Notes under the pieces: model-generated
Database searches by the model: none
What the model was told of the DNA's origin: nothing
The model's input: only the letters and a program-made list of their open reading frames with translations
Made by a program: the position numbers and the translations under genes
DNA from: Zoogloea sp.
Lineage (GTDB): Bacteria; Pseudomonadota; Gammaproteobacteria; Burkholderiales; Rhodocyclaceae
Assembly (NCBI RefSeq): GCF_016703645.1
Contig: NZ_JADJBR010000009.1
Direction: 5' to 3' (one strand)
Length of the DNA stretch: 64,000 bases
Shown: in pieces, positions 20,345-29,624 of the stretch
How the letters are laid out: every line of letters starts with the position of its first letter
How positions within the stretch are numbered: position 1 is the stretch's first letter

Positions 20345-21238
20345 TCAGACTCCATAGGGAAGGAAAGGGGGCCGCCTGCGCTGCTGGCGCAGGGCACCAC
20401 CCAGCACCAAGGTCAGCAGAAGGGCGGAGAGCACGGCAGGCTGCGTCCAGGTGGGCGCAGCGACACGGGGAGGAGGCAGCAGGCGCTGCCCCATCACCCG
20501 TTGCGGCGGCAACGGAACCGCCGGCGTCACGGGCACGGCCGGGGGCGCCACGACGAGACGACGGGCCATCGGCGCAGGAGAAGGCGTGGCCATGGGCGGC
20601 GGGCGGCCGGGTGCGGCAGCCTCCTCCAGCAGGACACCGGGCAAGGGCATGGCACCGGCGACTGGCGGTACCGTGCCCACCCCACGGGCCTGACCATCCC
20701 GGTCCCCCACGTGGTAGCCGGTCCGCAGGAACTCGATGGCATCGGGGTTGCCCTCCGCCGCCGCGGCCTCGAACCAGGTGCGCGCCGCCGCCACATCCCG
20801 GGGCACCCCCTTCCCCTCCTGCAGGGCACTCGCGTAGTGGAGCTTGCCGAGGGTGGCATAGGGCGAGTCCCCGGCCTCGGCGGCGCGGCGCATCAGCTCG
20901 GCGGCGGCAGGCAGGTCGGGATTGCCAAGGGCTCCGTCCTGCAGCATCAGCGCCTTCCAGATCATGGCGCCGATGTAGCCCGCCTCGATGCAGCGGTCGA
21001 AGATGCGCATGGCGGTCTCGTGGTCGCCGCATTTCTCGAACAGATAGCCCTTGCTGCACACCATCAGGCTGGCGGGCTGATCCGCCATGTATTCAAGGGT
21101 CTGGTCGCCGACCACGTGGGCCAGATCGGTGGGTTCGCCCGTCTGGGGTACAGGCCCGCCGCAGAAAAGGTTGCTCGCCAGCGCCGTGCCGGATAACAGG
21201 GCCATGGCCAGCAGTGCCGCCATTGAGGGTATTCGCAT
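20345..21238 (-). CDS. Secreted Sel1-repeat protein with Pro-rich linker and C-terminal membrane anchor
   Basis: Signal peptide MRIPSMAALL; Sel1 repeats (AAELMRRAAEAG; GKGVPRDVAAARTWFEAAAAEGNPDA); hydrophobic tail followed by RQQRRR. Confidence 0.75.
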   Translation of the reverse strand: MRIPSMAALLAMALLSGTALASNLFCGGPVPQTGEPTDLAHVVGDQTLEYMADQPASLMVCSKGYLFEKCGDHETAMRIFDRCIEAGYIGAMIWKALMLQDGALGNPDLPAAAELMRRAAEAGDSPYATLGKLHYASALQEGKGVPRDVAAARTWFEAAAAEGNPDAIEFLRTGYHVGDRDGQARGVGTVPPVAGAMPLPGVLLEEAAAPGRPPPMATPSPAPMARRLVVAPPAVPVTPAVPLPPQRVMGQRLLPPPRVAAPTWTQPAVLSALLLTLVLGGALRQQRRRPPFLPYGV

Positions 21239-21343
21239 GCTTGTTCCCGGGTGGAAAGGCGGACGGGGCCGACCGACCCGTCCTTTCACCCCACTGTAAG
21301 ACGCCCTCCCCATCCGCTCAGCGGCATCCTGCCCCGAAAGGCG

Positions 21344-21360
21344 CAGGCAATTTGCCCGAC
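21344..21360. promoter_or_regulatory. Putative operator CAGGCAATTTGCCCGAC (copy 1)
   Basis: 16/17 identical to 24163-24179; imperfect palindrome; in the divergent Sel1/cupin intergenic region. Confidence 0.5.
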
Positions 21361-21485
21361 GCACGCTTCCGGTGAAGGGCGGGAGAAATGCCTGCTGCTT
21401 CGCGGGCAGGCTGACCTCGGCACGGTCTCCCCACACGGTTTCTACTGGCGTCTGCCATCCGGCTCAACCCACAAGGAGACAACCC

Positions 21486-21926
21486 ATGCCCCAGCACTTC
21501 GACGCCAGCACCATCCCCTGGCAGCCCTTCGGTGACTTTCCCCACTTCGCCTTCACCATCCTGCAGGTGGACATGCAGCAGCGCATTGCCGACGTGCTCT
21601 TCCGGTTCGACGCAGGGCAGCAGATCGTGCTGCATCGCCACAAGGCCCTCAACCACACCTTTGTGGTGCAGGGAGAGCACCGCGTGTACGAGATGGATGG
21701 ACGCCTGCGCGAAACGCGCCCCACCGGCAGCTACACGATCTCGCCCGCCAGCGAAACGCCCCATCGGGAGGGCGGCGGCGCCACGGATGCCATCGTCCTG
21801 TTCAGCATGCGGCCACAGCCGGGGGAGATCCTCTACGAAATCCTGGATGATGCCGGGCAGCCCATCGCCGAGATCACCCTGGAAACCCTTCAAGCCATCT
21901 TCGAGGCGCAGAAACAGGCGGCCTGA
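21486..21926 (+). CDS. Cupin (ChrR-like) domain protein
   Basis: VLHRHKALNHTFVVQGEH..PHREGG cupin metal motifs; AAGGAG RBS before ATG 21486. Confidence 0.75.
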   Translation: MPQHFDASTIPWQPFGDFPHFAFTILQVDMQQRIADVLFRFDAGQQIVLHRHKALNHTFVVQGEHRVYEMDGRLRETRPTGSYTISPASETPHREGGGATDAIVLFSMRPQPGEILYEILDDAGQPIAEITLETLQAIFEAQKQAA

Positions 21927-22036
21927 GCAAGCCGGCGCGAATGGTGGAAACGGGGCCGGCCGCCCCGTTCCTCTGCGGGAGGCGCCGCCATGAAGGGGGC
22001 GCTGAGATCAGGCCACGCAGCGCCCCCCGCCCACCC

Positions 22037-22672
22037 TCAGATCAGACCCATGCGCAGGGCCAGACGGGTCAGCTCGATGTCGCTGCGCACGCCCAGCTTG
22101 CTCTTGATCTGGTAGTGGCAGTTCTGCACCGTCTTGGCAGAGATGGACAGGCGCACGCCGATCTCGTCGGCGCTGCAGCCATCCAGCAGCAGGCGCAGGA
22201 TCTCGAACTCCCGCGGGGCCAGTTCGGCAAGGCGCTCCCGAGGTCGGTCGATGAGGGCCAGGGCGAGTTCAGGTGCGATGTCCGGGCTGATCACCTGGCG
22301 CCTCGCTGCAATCTGGTAGACCGCGTTCACCAGCACCTCCGGCGGGCTGCTCTTGGTCACATAGCCCAGGGCTCCGGCACGCAGGGCCTGGGTGGCGAAG
22401 AGCGGCTCGCGGTGCATGGTGAACACCAGGATGCGCGCGGCGGGGTCACGCTGCAGCAAGCGCCGGATCAACTCGACGCCCCCCATGTCCGGCAACCCCA
22501 GGTCGAGCACCAGCACATCGGGCACCAGGGTCTTGAACAGCTCAAGGGCATCGCGAGCGGTGGCAGCCTCCCCGACGATGAGCAGGTCCGGACGGGACTC
22601 GAGCAGGCGCCGGTAGCCTTCCCGCACGATGGCATGGTCATCCACCAGCACCAGGCGTGTGGCCTCAGTCAT
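22037..22672 (-). CDS. LuxR/NarL-family response regulator
   Basis: LVDDHAIVREG, DLGLPDMGG, FTMH, GYVTK; C-terminal HTH LAPREFEILRLL..ISAKTV. Confidence 0.92.
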   Translation of the reverse strand: MTEATRLVLVDDHAIVREGYRRLLESRPDLLIVGEAATARDALELFKTLVPDVLVLDLGLPDMGGVELIRRLLQRDPAARILVFTMHREPLFATQALRAGALGYVTKSSPPEVLVNAVYQIAARRQVISPDIAPELALALIDRPRERLAELAPREFEILRLLLDGCSADEIGVRLSISAKTVQNCHYQIKSKLGVRSDIELTRLALRMGLI

Positions 22673-24065
22673 GGGTCATCTCCACGGTACGCACCGCCTC
22701 TGCCGGAAAATCCGCCTCCACCCGCATCCCGCGGGGCGTCAGGGGCGTCAGGGCAAAACGCCCTCCCAGGGCCTCGACCCGCTCATGCATGCCGAGAACG
22801 CCCAGGCCGCTGCCCGCCGTCGGCCCCTCGCGACCGGCGCCGTCGTCGTCCACCCGCAGACGACAGCCCGCCCCATCGCAGCGCACGTCCACCTTCACCC
22901 GTCCGGGATCCCCATGGCGCAGGGCGTTGGTCAGGCTTTCCTGGACGATCCGGTACAGACTGGTGCGCAGCGCGTCGGGCAAGGCATCAATCTCCCCGAC
23001 CACCTTCAGCTCGAACACGCAATCGGCCTGCCGACGCCGCCAGCCCCCCACCAGGGCCTCGAGGGCCGCGCTCAGGCCGAACTCCTCCAGTCCCACCGGG
23101 CGCAATTGCAGGAGGATGCCCTGCAGGCTCTCCATCATGTGGGCGGTCACCGCCGCGATCGCCCGGGCCGCCGGCAGCACGTCCGGATCGCGTGCCTCCG
23201 CCCGGCCGCCGATGAAAGCCGCTTCGGCACCGATGGAGGCCAGACATTGGCCAAACTCGTCGTGCAGTTCCCGCGCCAGACGCCGGCGCTCTTCCTCACG
23301 CACTGCCAGCAAGCGCAGGGCGAGGTGGCGCTGGGAAGCCAGGGTCTTCTGCAATTGCTCGGCGAGATGATCGAAGCCCGCAGCGATGCGGCGCAATTCG
23401 ATCAGGCGGGGGCGCGGCATGCGTGCCGACAGCTCCCCCGCCTCCATCCGCGCCAGCACCGCCAGAATCTGGTCGGTCGGCCGCAGGGCGCGGCGCACGG
23501 GCCGGTAGATCAGCAGGTTGAGCAGCAGGATGCCCAGCGTCATGCCGAGCACCGTGCGGATCTGGTTCCATACCGCCACACTTTCGCTGTCCAGATCGGG
23601 CGTGACGACAAACTCCCCCACCTTGACACCCGGATACTGGCCGATCACACCCCGATAGTGGAGATCAGGCCCGATCAGCAAGGCCAGCAACCAGCGAAGC
23701 ACGCCCGGCGCAGCGCCCCCGTCATGAAAGCAGCGCTGCACCACCGCACGCTTGTAGATGTCCTCCACCGCCACGCAGATACCCAGCAAAGGCCCGATGC
23801 CGTCAAGGGACTTCAGATCCATGCCCTCCAGACTGCGCCGGAAGGCATCCCGGGTCTGGTCCGCCTCCCCGGCAATCAGCCGCTCGACCGTATTGCCGGT
23901 GCGCTGAATATGCGTGCCGATGCGCGCCACCGCCTGCTGCAGGACGATGGCCCCCGCAGCCAGACCAATGACCAGGGCAAACAGGCTCACCCGCAGCAAG
24001 AGGTGGCGCTTGAGGTCCACTGCCGCCGCGGTGGCCTCGGTTGCCTTCATCGTGTGCTCATTCAT
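22665..24065 (-). CDS. Membrane sensor histidine kinase (HAMP + HisKA_3 + HATPase)
   Basis: Two TM helices, HAMP, EEERRRLARELHDEFGQ, RIVQESLTNALRH, DDGAG, GLGVLGMHERV; start at 24065. Confidence 0.9.
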   Translation of the reverse strand: MNEHTMKATEATAAAVDLKRHLLLRVSLFALVIGLAAGAIVLQQAVARIGTHIQRTGNTVERLIAGEADQTRDAFRRSLEGMDLKSLDGIGPLLGICVAVEDIYKRAVVQRCFHDGGAAPGVLRWLLALLIGPDLHYRGVIGQYPGVKVGEFVVTPDLDSESVAVWNQIRTVLGMTLGILLLNLLIYRPVRRALRPTDQILAVLARMEAGELSARMPRPRLIELRRIAAGFDHLAEQLQKTLASQRHLALRLLAVREEERRRLARELHDEFGQCLASIGAEAAFIGGRAEARDPDVLPAARAIAAVTAHMMESLQGILLQLRPVGLEEFGLSAALEALVGGWRRRQADCVFELKVVGEIDALPDALRTSLYRIVQESLTNALRHGDPGRVKVDVRCDGAGCRLRVDDDGAGREGPTAGSGLGVLGMHERVEALGGRFALTPLTPRGMRVEADFPAEAVRTVEMTHD

Positions 24066-24162
24066 GCTTCCCCCGGAGCCCGTGGAGCCATACCATACTG
24101 AATTAGTCGGATTTACGGATGGCGCCTCCCGCGCCCCGGTCCGCAGCTTAGCCGATCCCCGA

Positions 24163-24179
24163 CAGGCAAATTGCCCGAC
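24163..24179. promoter_or_regulatory. Putative operator CAGGCAAATTGCCCGAC (copy 2)
   Basis: Matches 21344-21360; in the divergent kinase/selO intergenic region. Confidence 0.5.
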
Positions 24180-24211
24180 CCCAACAACGCCAGCCCCACG
24201 ACCAGACCACC

Positions 24212-25696
24212 ATGCATACCCTCGAAACCCTGCCCTTCGACAACGCCTTCGCGCGCCTGCCACCCCATTTCTACACCCGCCTCCACCCCGAGCCCCTGCC
24301 CCGCCCCTACCTGGTGGCGGCCAGCGCGGAAGTCGCCGGGCTGATCGGGCTTGATCCGGCCGAACTGAGCCGCCCCGAGTTCACCCAGTTCTTTGCCGGC
24401 AACCGCCCCTTGCCGGGCAGCGACCCCCTCGCCGCGGTCTATTCCGGCCACCAGTTCGGCGTATGGGCCGGGCAGCTCGGTGACGGCCGCGCCCACCTGC
24501 TGGGTGAAGTGGCAGGCCCGGCCGGCGGCTGGGAAATCCAGCTCAAGGGCGCAGGGCAGACGCCCTACTCGCGCTTCGCTGACGGCCGCGCCGTACTGCG
24601 CTCGAGCATCCGCGAATACCTGTGTTCAGAGGCCATGGCCGGCCTCGGCATTCCCACCACCCGGGCCTTGTGCGTGGTCGGCTCGAGCGCCCCGGTGCGC
24701 CGCGAGACCATCGAAACCGCCGCCGTCGTCACCCGCCTGGCGCCCAGCTTCATCCGCTTCGGCTCCTTCGAGCACTGGCGGGTGCTGCGCCAGATGGATG
24801 AACTGCGCCAGCTCGCCGACCACGTGATCGAACGCTTCCGCCCCGAATGCCGTGCCGCGGCGAATCCCTACGATGCCCTGCTGCGGGATGTGGGCCGCCG
24901 CACCGGCGAGCTGATCGCCCACTGGCAGGCGGTCGGCTTCATGCACGGGGTGATGAACACCGACAACATGTCCATCCTCGGCCTGACCCTCGACTACGGC
25001 CCCTTCGGCTTCATGGACGCCTTCGACGCCGGCCACATCTGCAACCACTCCGATGACGACGGCCGCTATAGCTACAAGTCGCAACCGCAGATCGGCCACT
25101 GGAACCTCTATGCCCTGGGCCGCGCCCTGGCCCCGCTGATCGGCGACCAGGCTGCCGTTCAGGCCGCCATCGAGGAAAGCTACGCCCCGGCCTTCGAGGG
25201 ACACTTCATGGACCTGATGCGTGCCAAGCTTGGCCTTGCCCAGGCGCTCCCCGGCGATGAGGACTTCATCGGCGAGACCTTCGGAGTCCTGCAGCAGAAC
25301 CACCCGGACTACACCCAGTTCTTCCGCCAGCTCGGGCGCCTGCCGGGACGGGAAGACGCAGCCGGCCGCGGCGCCACCGACGCGCCGGTGCGCGATCTCT
25401 TCATCGACCGCGCCGCCGCCGACGCGTGGATCGTGCTATGGCGTGCCCGCCTGGGCGCGGAAGGCCGCAGCGACGCCGAGCGCCAGGCCGCGATGCAGGC
25501 CGTCAATCCGAAGTACGTGCTGCGCAACTGGATCGCCGAGTCCGCGATCCGGGCGGCCCGCGCGGGCGACTACAGCGAAGTCACGGCTGTCCACGACTGC
25601 CTGCGCCATCCCTTCGACGAACAACCCGAGTACGAACGCTTCGCCGCCGCCCCTCCCGACTGGGCTGAAGGACTCGCGGTGAGCTGCTCAAGCTGA
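24212..25696 (+). CDS. selO: Protein adenylyltransferase SelO/YdiU
   Basis: [55 protein letters not shown]-terminal VSCSS. Confidence 0.95.
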   Translation: MHTLETLPFDNAFARLPPHFYTRLHPEPLPRPYLVAASAEVAGLIGLDPAELSRPEFTQFFAGNRPLPGSDPLAAVYSGHQFGVWAGQLGDGRAHLLGEVAGPAGGWEIQLKGAGQTPYSRFADGRAVLRSSIREYLCSEAMAGLGIPTTRALCVVGSSAPVRRETIETAAVVTRLAPSFIRFGSFEHWRVLRQMDELRQLADHVIERFRPECRAAANPYDALLRDVGRRTGELIAHWQAVGFMHGVMNTDNMSILGLTLDYGPFGFMDAFDAGHICNHSDDDGRYSYKSQPQIGHWNLYALGRALAPLIGDQAAVQAAIEESYAPAFEGHFMDLMRAKLGLAQALPGDEDFIGETFGVLQQNHPDYTQFFRQLGRLPGREDAAGRGATDAPVRDLFIDRAAADAWIVLWRARLGAEGRSDAERQAAMQAVNPKYVLRNWIAESAIRAARAGDYSEVTAVHDCLRHPFDEQPEYERFAAAPPDWAEGLAVSCSS

Positions 25697-25763
25697 TTTC
25701 CAGGCTGCGGGATGGGCCTTGGTGGCGGGCACTCGGGACGGTGCCCGGGTAGCTGACTTGCCG

Positions 25764-26255
25764 CTAGCCGAAGAACACGCCGCCGTGGCTACCCGCCACG
25801 GCACCCACCAGCACCACCAGGCTCACACCCAGCAGGACCGTGTGGAGGCGCTGGATGGTCGCCATGGCCCCCAAGGGATCGCGCCGCGCCCGCGCTTCGA
25901 ATACGCGATGCAGCACGAAGGGCTCCAGGACGAACAGCATCAGCGCGAATATCGTCCATACCGCCACCATGCCATGCATCCACCACCAGGAAAGCGGGTC
26001 GGCAAACCGCGCCCAGGCATCCAGGCGCCAGGTCAGCCACAGGCCCGACGCCCCGGCGAGCAGCACGCTCCACCGGGCAATCGCGGCAAAGCGCTGCTCC
26101 AGACGTTCGAACAGGTCAAGCTGGGCCTGGGGCTCGGCCAGCGCACGACAGGCCGGCAGCAGCACCCAGGTGACGAAAGCCACCCCACCGATCCAGAGCA
26201 GAACGGCAAGAACGTGCAGGGCACGGGCGATGGCAAAATCATTGAAACCGCTCAC
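25764..26255 (-). CDS. Conserved membrane protein (CopD/DUF2269-like)
   Basis: ARALHVLAVLLWIGGVAF, WWMHGM, GSHG; four TM helices with conserved His residues. Confidence 0.7.
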   Translation of the reverse strand: MSGFNDFAIARALHVLAVLLWIGGVAFVTWVLLPACRALAEPQAQLDLFERLEQRFAAIARWSVLLAGASGLWLTWRLDAWARFADPLSWWWMHGMVAVWTIFALMLFVLEPFVLHRVFEARARRDPLGAMATIQRLHTVLLGVSLVVLVGAVAGSHGGVFFG

Positions 26256-27241
26256 GGTATCTTCCTTTCCTGTTTTGGCGCCTGGAAGGCCGCCTCGTTG
26301 TCACGGGCCGCCGCATCACTCACCCATCGCAGCAGCGGCCCCTGCGGATTGTCCCGCTGGGTGGTTTCGCAAGCGCTGACGCATTGGGCGCACTGGGTGC
26401 AAGTGAACATGGCACGCTTGATGTTGCGCGGCTTGAGGCGCATGGGGCAGACGTGGTCGCAGGCGCTGTAGCAGCTTGCGCAGTCCGCCGCCCTGTCCCG
26501 GGTGAAACCCACCACCATCGCGGCGCGGTTGCCCATCCAGGCCAGACTCTGGAACAGGCCGACGGCGCAGGCGTAGCGGCAGAAAAGGTGACGCGCGAAC
26601 AGGAACTCCGCCGACAGCACCAGGGTGCCCGCCCCGATGAAGATGAACTCGTTGCGTGTCGGCGTGCCGGCCAGCAGATGGCCATAGACCTGGAAGGGCG
26701 GCAACAGGTAGGTCAGCAGGACCACGGCCCAGACAAAGGCGAAGCCCACGGCCAGGGGCACCGTCACCAGCCACCATGCCCGGCCATAGTGCACCGGCGT
26801 TCCATCCGGCTCCCGCGGCGGCAGCGGTCGCGACTCCCACAGGCTCGGACGGCCGGTGGCGCGGCGCATGCAGGCATTGATGGTTTCAACCACCGAAAAA
26901 TGCGGGCACAGCCAGCCACAGTACAGCCGCCCCCAGCGCCAGGCCACCCAGATCAGCAGCGCCCCCACGCCGAGGATGGGCAGCAGAACCCGGCCGATCA
27001 CCCGCAGCACCACCCCGGGGGCGTCGATGCCCCCGCGGGAAAAATCCTCCAGGCCCGCATGCCACTCGAAACCCAGCAGCCAGGCATGCCCGGCGACCAG
27101 ATCAAAACGCAGCAGGTTGAACACCGGCGCCAGTACAAAGAGCACGAAAAACCCGGCCTGGGCCCAGCGCCGCAAGGCCTGACGCGGCGGGCGCCCCGAA
27201 GCGGCCACCGACAGGATGGGAATGACCCGTGCGGAGCCCAT
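26252..27241 (-). CDS. 4Fe-4S binding protein (CcoG/FixG/RdxA-like)
   Basis: GRLYCGWLCPH, FCRYACAVG, CASCYSACDHVCP, CTQCAQCVSAC; ATG at 27241 overlaps the upstream stop. Confidence 0.85.
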   Translation of the reverse strand: MGSARVIPILSVAASGRPPRQALRRWAQAGFFVLFVLAPVFNLLRFDLVAGHAWLLGFEWHAGLEDFSRGGIDAPGVVLRVIGRVLLPILGVGALLIWVAWRWGRLYCGWLCPHFSVVETINACMRRATGRPSLWESRPLPPREPDGTPVHYGRAWWLVTVPLAVGFAFVWAVVLLTYLLPPFQVYGHLLAGTPTRNEFIFIGAGTLVLSAEFLFARHLFCRYACAVGLFQSLAWMGNRAAMVVGFTRDRAADCASCYSACDHVCPMRLKPRNIKRAMFTCTQCAQCVSACETTQRDNPQGPLLRWVSDAAARDNEAAFQAPKQERKIP

Positions 27242-27630
27242 CAGCGCGGCCCGATGAGGGGAAAGCGGAAAGGCTTGCCGGCCAGGGCCCGGGCCAACCC
27301 GATGGCCCCGCAGAAGATCAGGGTCGAATGGCAGACGGTGAAGTACAGGATCACCACCACCCAGGTCGAGGCCGCCCCGTAGCCCCCGGCGAGGAGGATC
27401 AGGCCGTTCGCCAGGACCAGCAGCACGCCTGCCCACACGCTCGCCGCCAGCGTCTGGCGCAGATGCCCGCGGGCGAGCGCAGGCGCCTTGCGGCGCTGCT
27501 GCCACCACAGCACCAGCAGGGCCACAAAGCCCAGGCCGGGGATGAGCATCAGGTTGGCCAGGTACAGGGCCTCGGCGGCCACTGCAATCTCGCGGCCGGG
27601 TATCTCGGGATCGGTTGTCAGGTCTTCCAT
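27241..27630 (-). CDS. Hypothetical membrane protein (3 TM)
   Basis: AEALYLANL..GHLRQT..CHSTLI..LARALAGKPFRFPLIG; translationally coupled to the Fe-S gene. Confidence 0.7.
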   Translation of the reverse strand: MEDLTTDPEIPGREIAVAAEALYLANLMLIPGLGFVALLVLWWQQRRKAPALARGHLRQTLAASVWAGVLLVLANGLILLAGGYGAASTWVVVILYFTVCHSTLIFCGAIGLARALAGKPFRFPLIGPR

Positions 27631-27738
27631 GGGCAGCCCCAGCTTAGCCCGGGAATCCGGAAGGAGACTTGACCCGGGACAAGCCCCGCCCCGGCGACGA
27701 AACCGGCCCTCAGGGGAGGGAGACCCGTTCGCTCCCCC

Positions 27739-28251
27739 TCAGATCACCTCAAGCAGCTTGCCACGTAGCTGTTCCGCCTCACGGCGGCCGTCCCGGGACG
27801 ACACGATGGCGTGATACCACTCGTCAAACAAGGCTCGCAGTTCCGCCGGACTGCGTGCCGCCTCGACCCGGTCCTGCAGGGAACTGGTTCCAAGGGCACC
27901 GACGAAGGCATTGAGGGTATTGAGCATGAAATTGCGGGCTTGCTGCAGGCGCACCGGATCATCACCCGGAGGATGCAAGCGGAAAGCGGTGAGGGATGGC
28001 TGGGAAACGGGCGCCACCGGGATGCTCGCCGTCGCACTGCCTGCCGGGCCGATCATTTCGATGAAACCGTCTTCTTCGAGCATGCCCAGGGTGTGCTGCA
28101 GGTCGTCGTACTGCAACATGCCCCGCAGATCCTCCACGCTACGCTTTCCATCCACAAAGATCAGTACCCGGCGCACCCGGGGGCTCAGACCGCCGGAGCG
28201 GGTCTCGATCTCTTCATGCCCTTTGCGGGTCTTGGCAAATATCACACCCAT
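27739..28251 (-). CDS. Conserved hypothetical protein
   Basis: IFAKTRKGHEEI..LSPRVRRVLIFVDGKRS; C-terminal ARNFMLNTL; GGAGG RBS before ATG 28251. Confidence 0.7.
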   Translation of the reverse strand: MGVIFAKTRKGHEEIETRSGGLSPRVRRVLIFVDGKRSVEDLRGMLQYDDLQHTLGMLEEDGFIEMIGPAGSATASIPVAPVSQPSLTAFRLHPPGDDPVRLQQARNFMLNTLNAFVGALGTSSLQDRVEAARSPAELRALFDEWYHAIVSSRDGRREAEQLRGKLLEVI

Positions 28252-28514
28252 GCTTCCTCCTTCATGCAAGCCGGCTCTCCTGGGTACTGCCCATCCTTCC
28301 GGTGACGGTCATTGTAACGACATGGGAATGTGGCGGGCGATTGGTGCCCCCAAGGGGCGGGATGCGTCCCGGTTCGGTCGGTCGCGGCCGGGACCGGAAG
28401 CGGCTCAGGACATGTCGGGAATTCGACGCAGCAATTCCAGCCCGCGCCGGAAAGCGCAGCCAGACATGGATTAGGGTGAGCAGATCGGGCCGTGCAGTTT
28501 GATCTGTTCAGCCG

Positions 28515-29600
28515 TCAATGCTCCGCGGCGAGCTGGACGGCCAGCCGGCGTGCCTGGGCCAGACACTGCTCACCCCGCTCCAGACCATCGATGAATCGGC
28601 GGGGGATACCCGCCAGACCAACCTGCGCCCCAGCCAGGGCGCCGGCGAGCATCGCCCGTGCCTGATTCTGTCCGCCGCCATTGACCGCGTGCAGCACCGC
28701 CGACTCGAAATCATCGCGGAAGCGCGCAGCCAGATAATAGGCAGCGGGAAACTGGTGGTACACCGCACAGGGCATGCCATAGACCAGTGACACCTTCCAG
28801 GCCGGCTCGATGCGGATGTCGGGATCGTGAGCAGCGCTGGCCATCGCCGACGGCCCCAGCAAGGCATCCGGCGAAGGAAAGCGCCCCGCCACGGCGGTCT
28901 CGGGTTCACCCGGACGTGGCGCCCCCAGACGGCCACGGGTGACCGTATGGAAGGGCAACTCTCCGGTCTTGACCCGCGCCATCAGCTTGCCTGACAGCCT
29001 GGCATCCAGGGCATGCCCCTCCACCAGCATGCCCAGTACGGCGCCAAAGGCCACGGTCATGGCCACCACGGTGCCGTCGGTCTGCGTGAGCAGGGTATTG
29101 CGGGTCAGGGCAGCGGCCAGTTCGGCCGGGCGCAGGGCGTAGCGCACGGCAATTGCCAGCCCCCGCTCCGCCGCCTCGGTGGTGTCCGCGTTGCCTCCAC
29201 ACTGCCCCCAGGGCAGGCCCTCGCCCACCCGGCGGCGCCAGGCCTCACGGATCGACTGACTGGTGTAGCCCCCGGGGCCGGCCATGGGCGTCCCATCGAT
29301 CAGGGGAAAGAAGTCCTCGTCGATCCGGCGGCAGAAGTCCGCCTCGTCGTAGCCGCCCGCGGCCACCAGGGAATCCAGGGTCAGGGCCAGCAGGACACCG
29401 GCCTGGGAAGCCTGGCCCGCCTTCAACCCGGCGTGGTAGCGCCCGGGGCGTGGGTCGGTGTAGCCGGAAATCCAGTCACCGTAGTCGGCCCGGAGCTCAT
29501 CCAGGTCGTAGTACCAGTGGGGGCCGAGGGCCAGGGCATCACCGATGAAGGCCCCCATCAGGGCACCGGCGGCTCGATCCTGCAGGGATTGGGTCGGCAT
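28515..29600 (-). CDS. ADP-ribosylglycohydrolase family protein
   Basis: GAFIGDALALG, ADTTEA, AVNGGGQNQARAML..ALAGA. Confidence 0.85.
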   Translation of the reverse strand: MPTQSLQDRAAGALMGAFIGDALALGPHWYYDLDELRADYGDWISGYTDPRPGRYHAGLKAGQASQAGVLLALTLDSLVAAGGYDEADFCRRIDEDFFPLIDGTPMAGPGGYTSQSIREAWRRRVGEGLPWGQCGGNADTTEAAERGLAIAVRYALRPAELAAALTRNTLLTQTDGTVVAMTVAFGAVLGMLVEGHALDARLSGKLMARVKTGELPFHTVTRGRLGAPRPGEPETAVAGRFPSPDALLGPSAMASAAHDPDIRIEPAWKVSLVYGMPCAVYHQFPAAYYLAARFRDDFESAVLHAVNGGGQNQARAMLAGALAGAQVGLAGIPRRFIDGLERGEQCLAQARRLAVQLAAEH

Positions 29601-29624
29601 GGCAGGCTCCACAGTCGAAAGCTG

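Noticed and set aside
21239-21480. Cobalamin riboswitch upstream of the Sel1/ExbB/DUF2149 genes
   Set aside because: Strong hairpins are present but there is no B12-box (GCCACTG...GGGAAG...AGYCAGRAGACC) pattern
28515-29600. ADP-ribosylation/AMPylation system linking the glycohydrolase, nudF and selO
   Set aside because: The genes are scattered over 23 kb with unrelated genes between them and no ADP-ribosyltransferase was found
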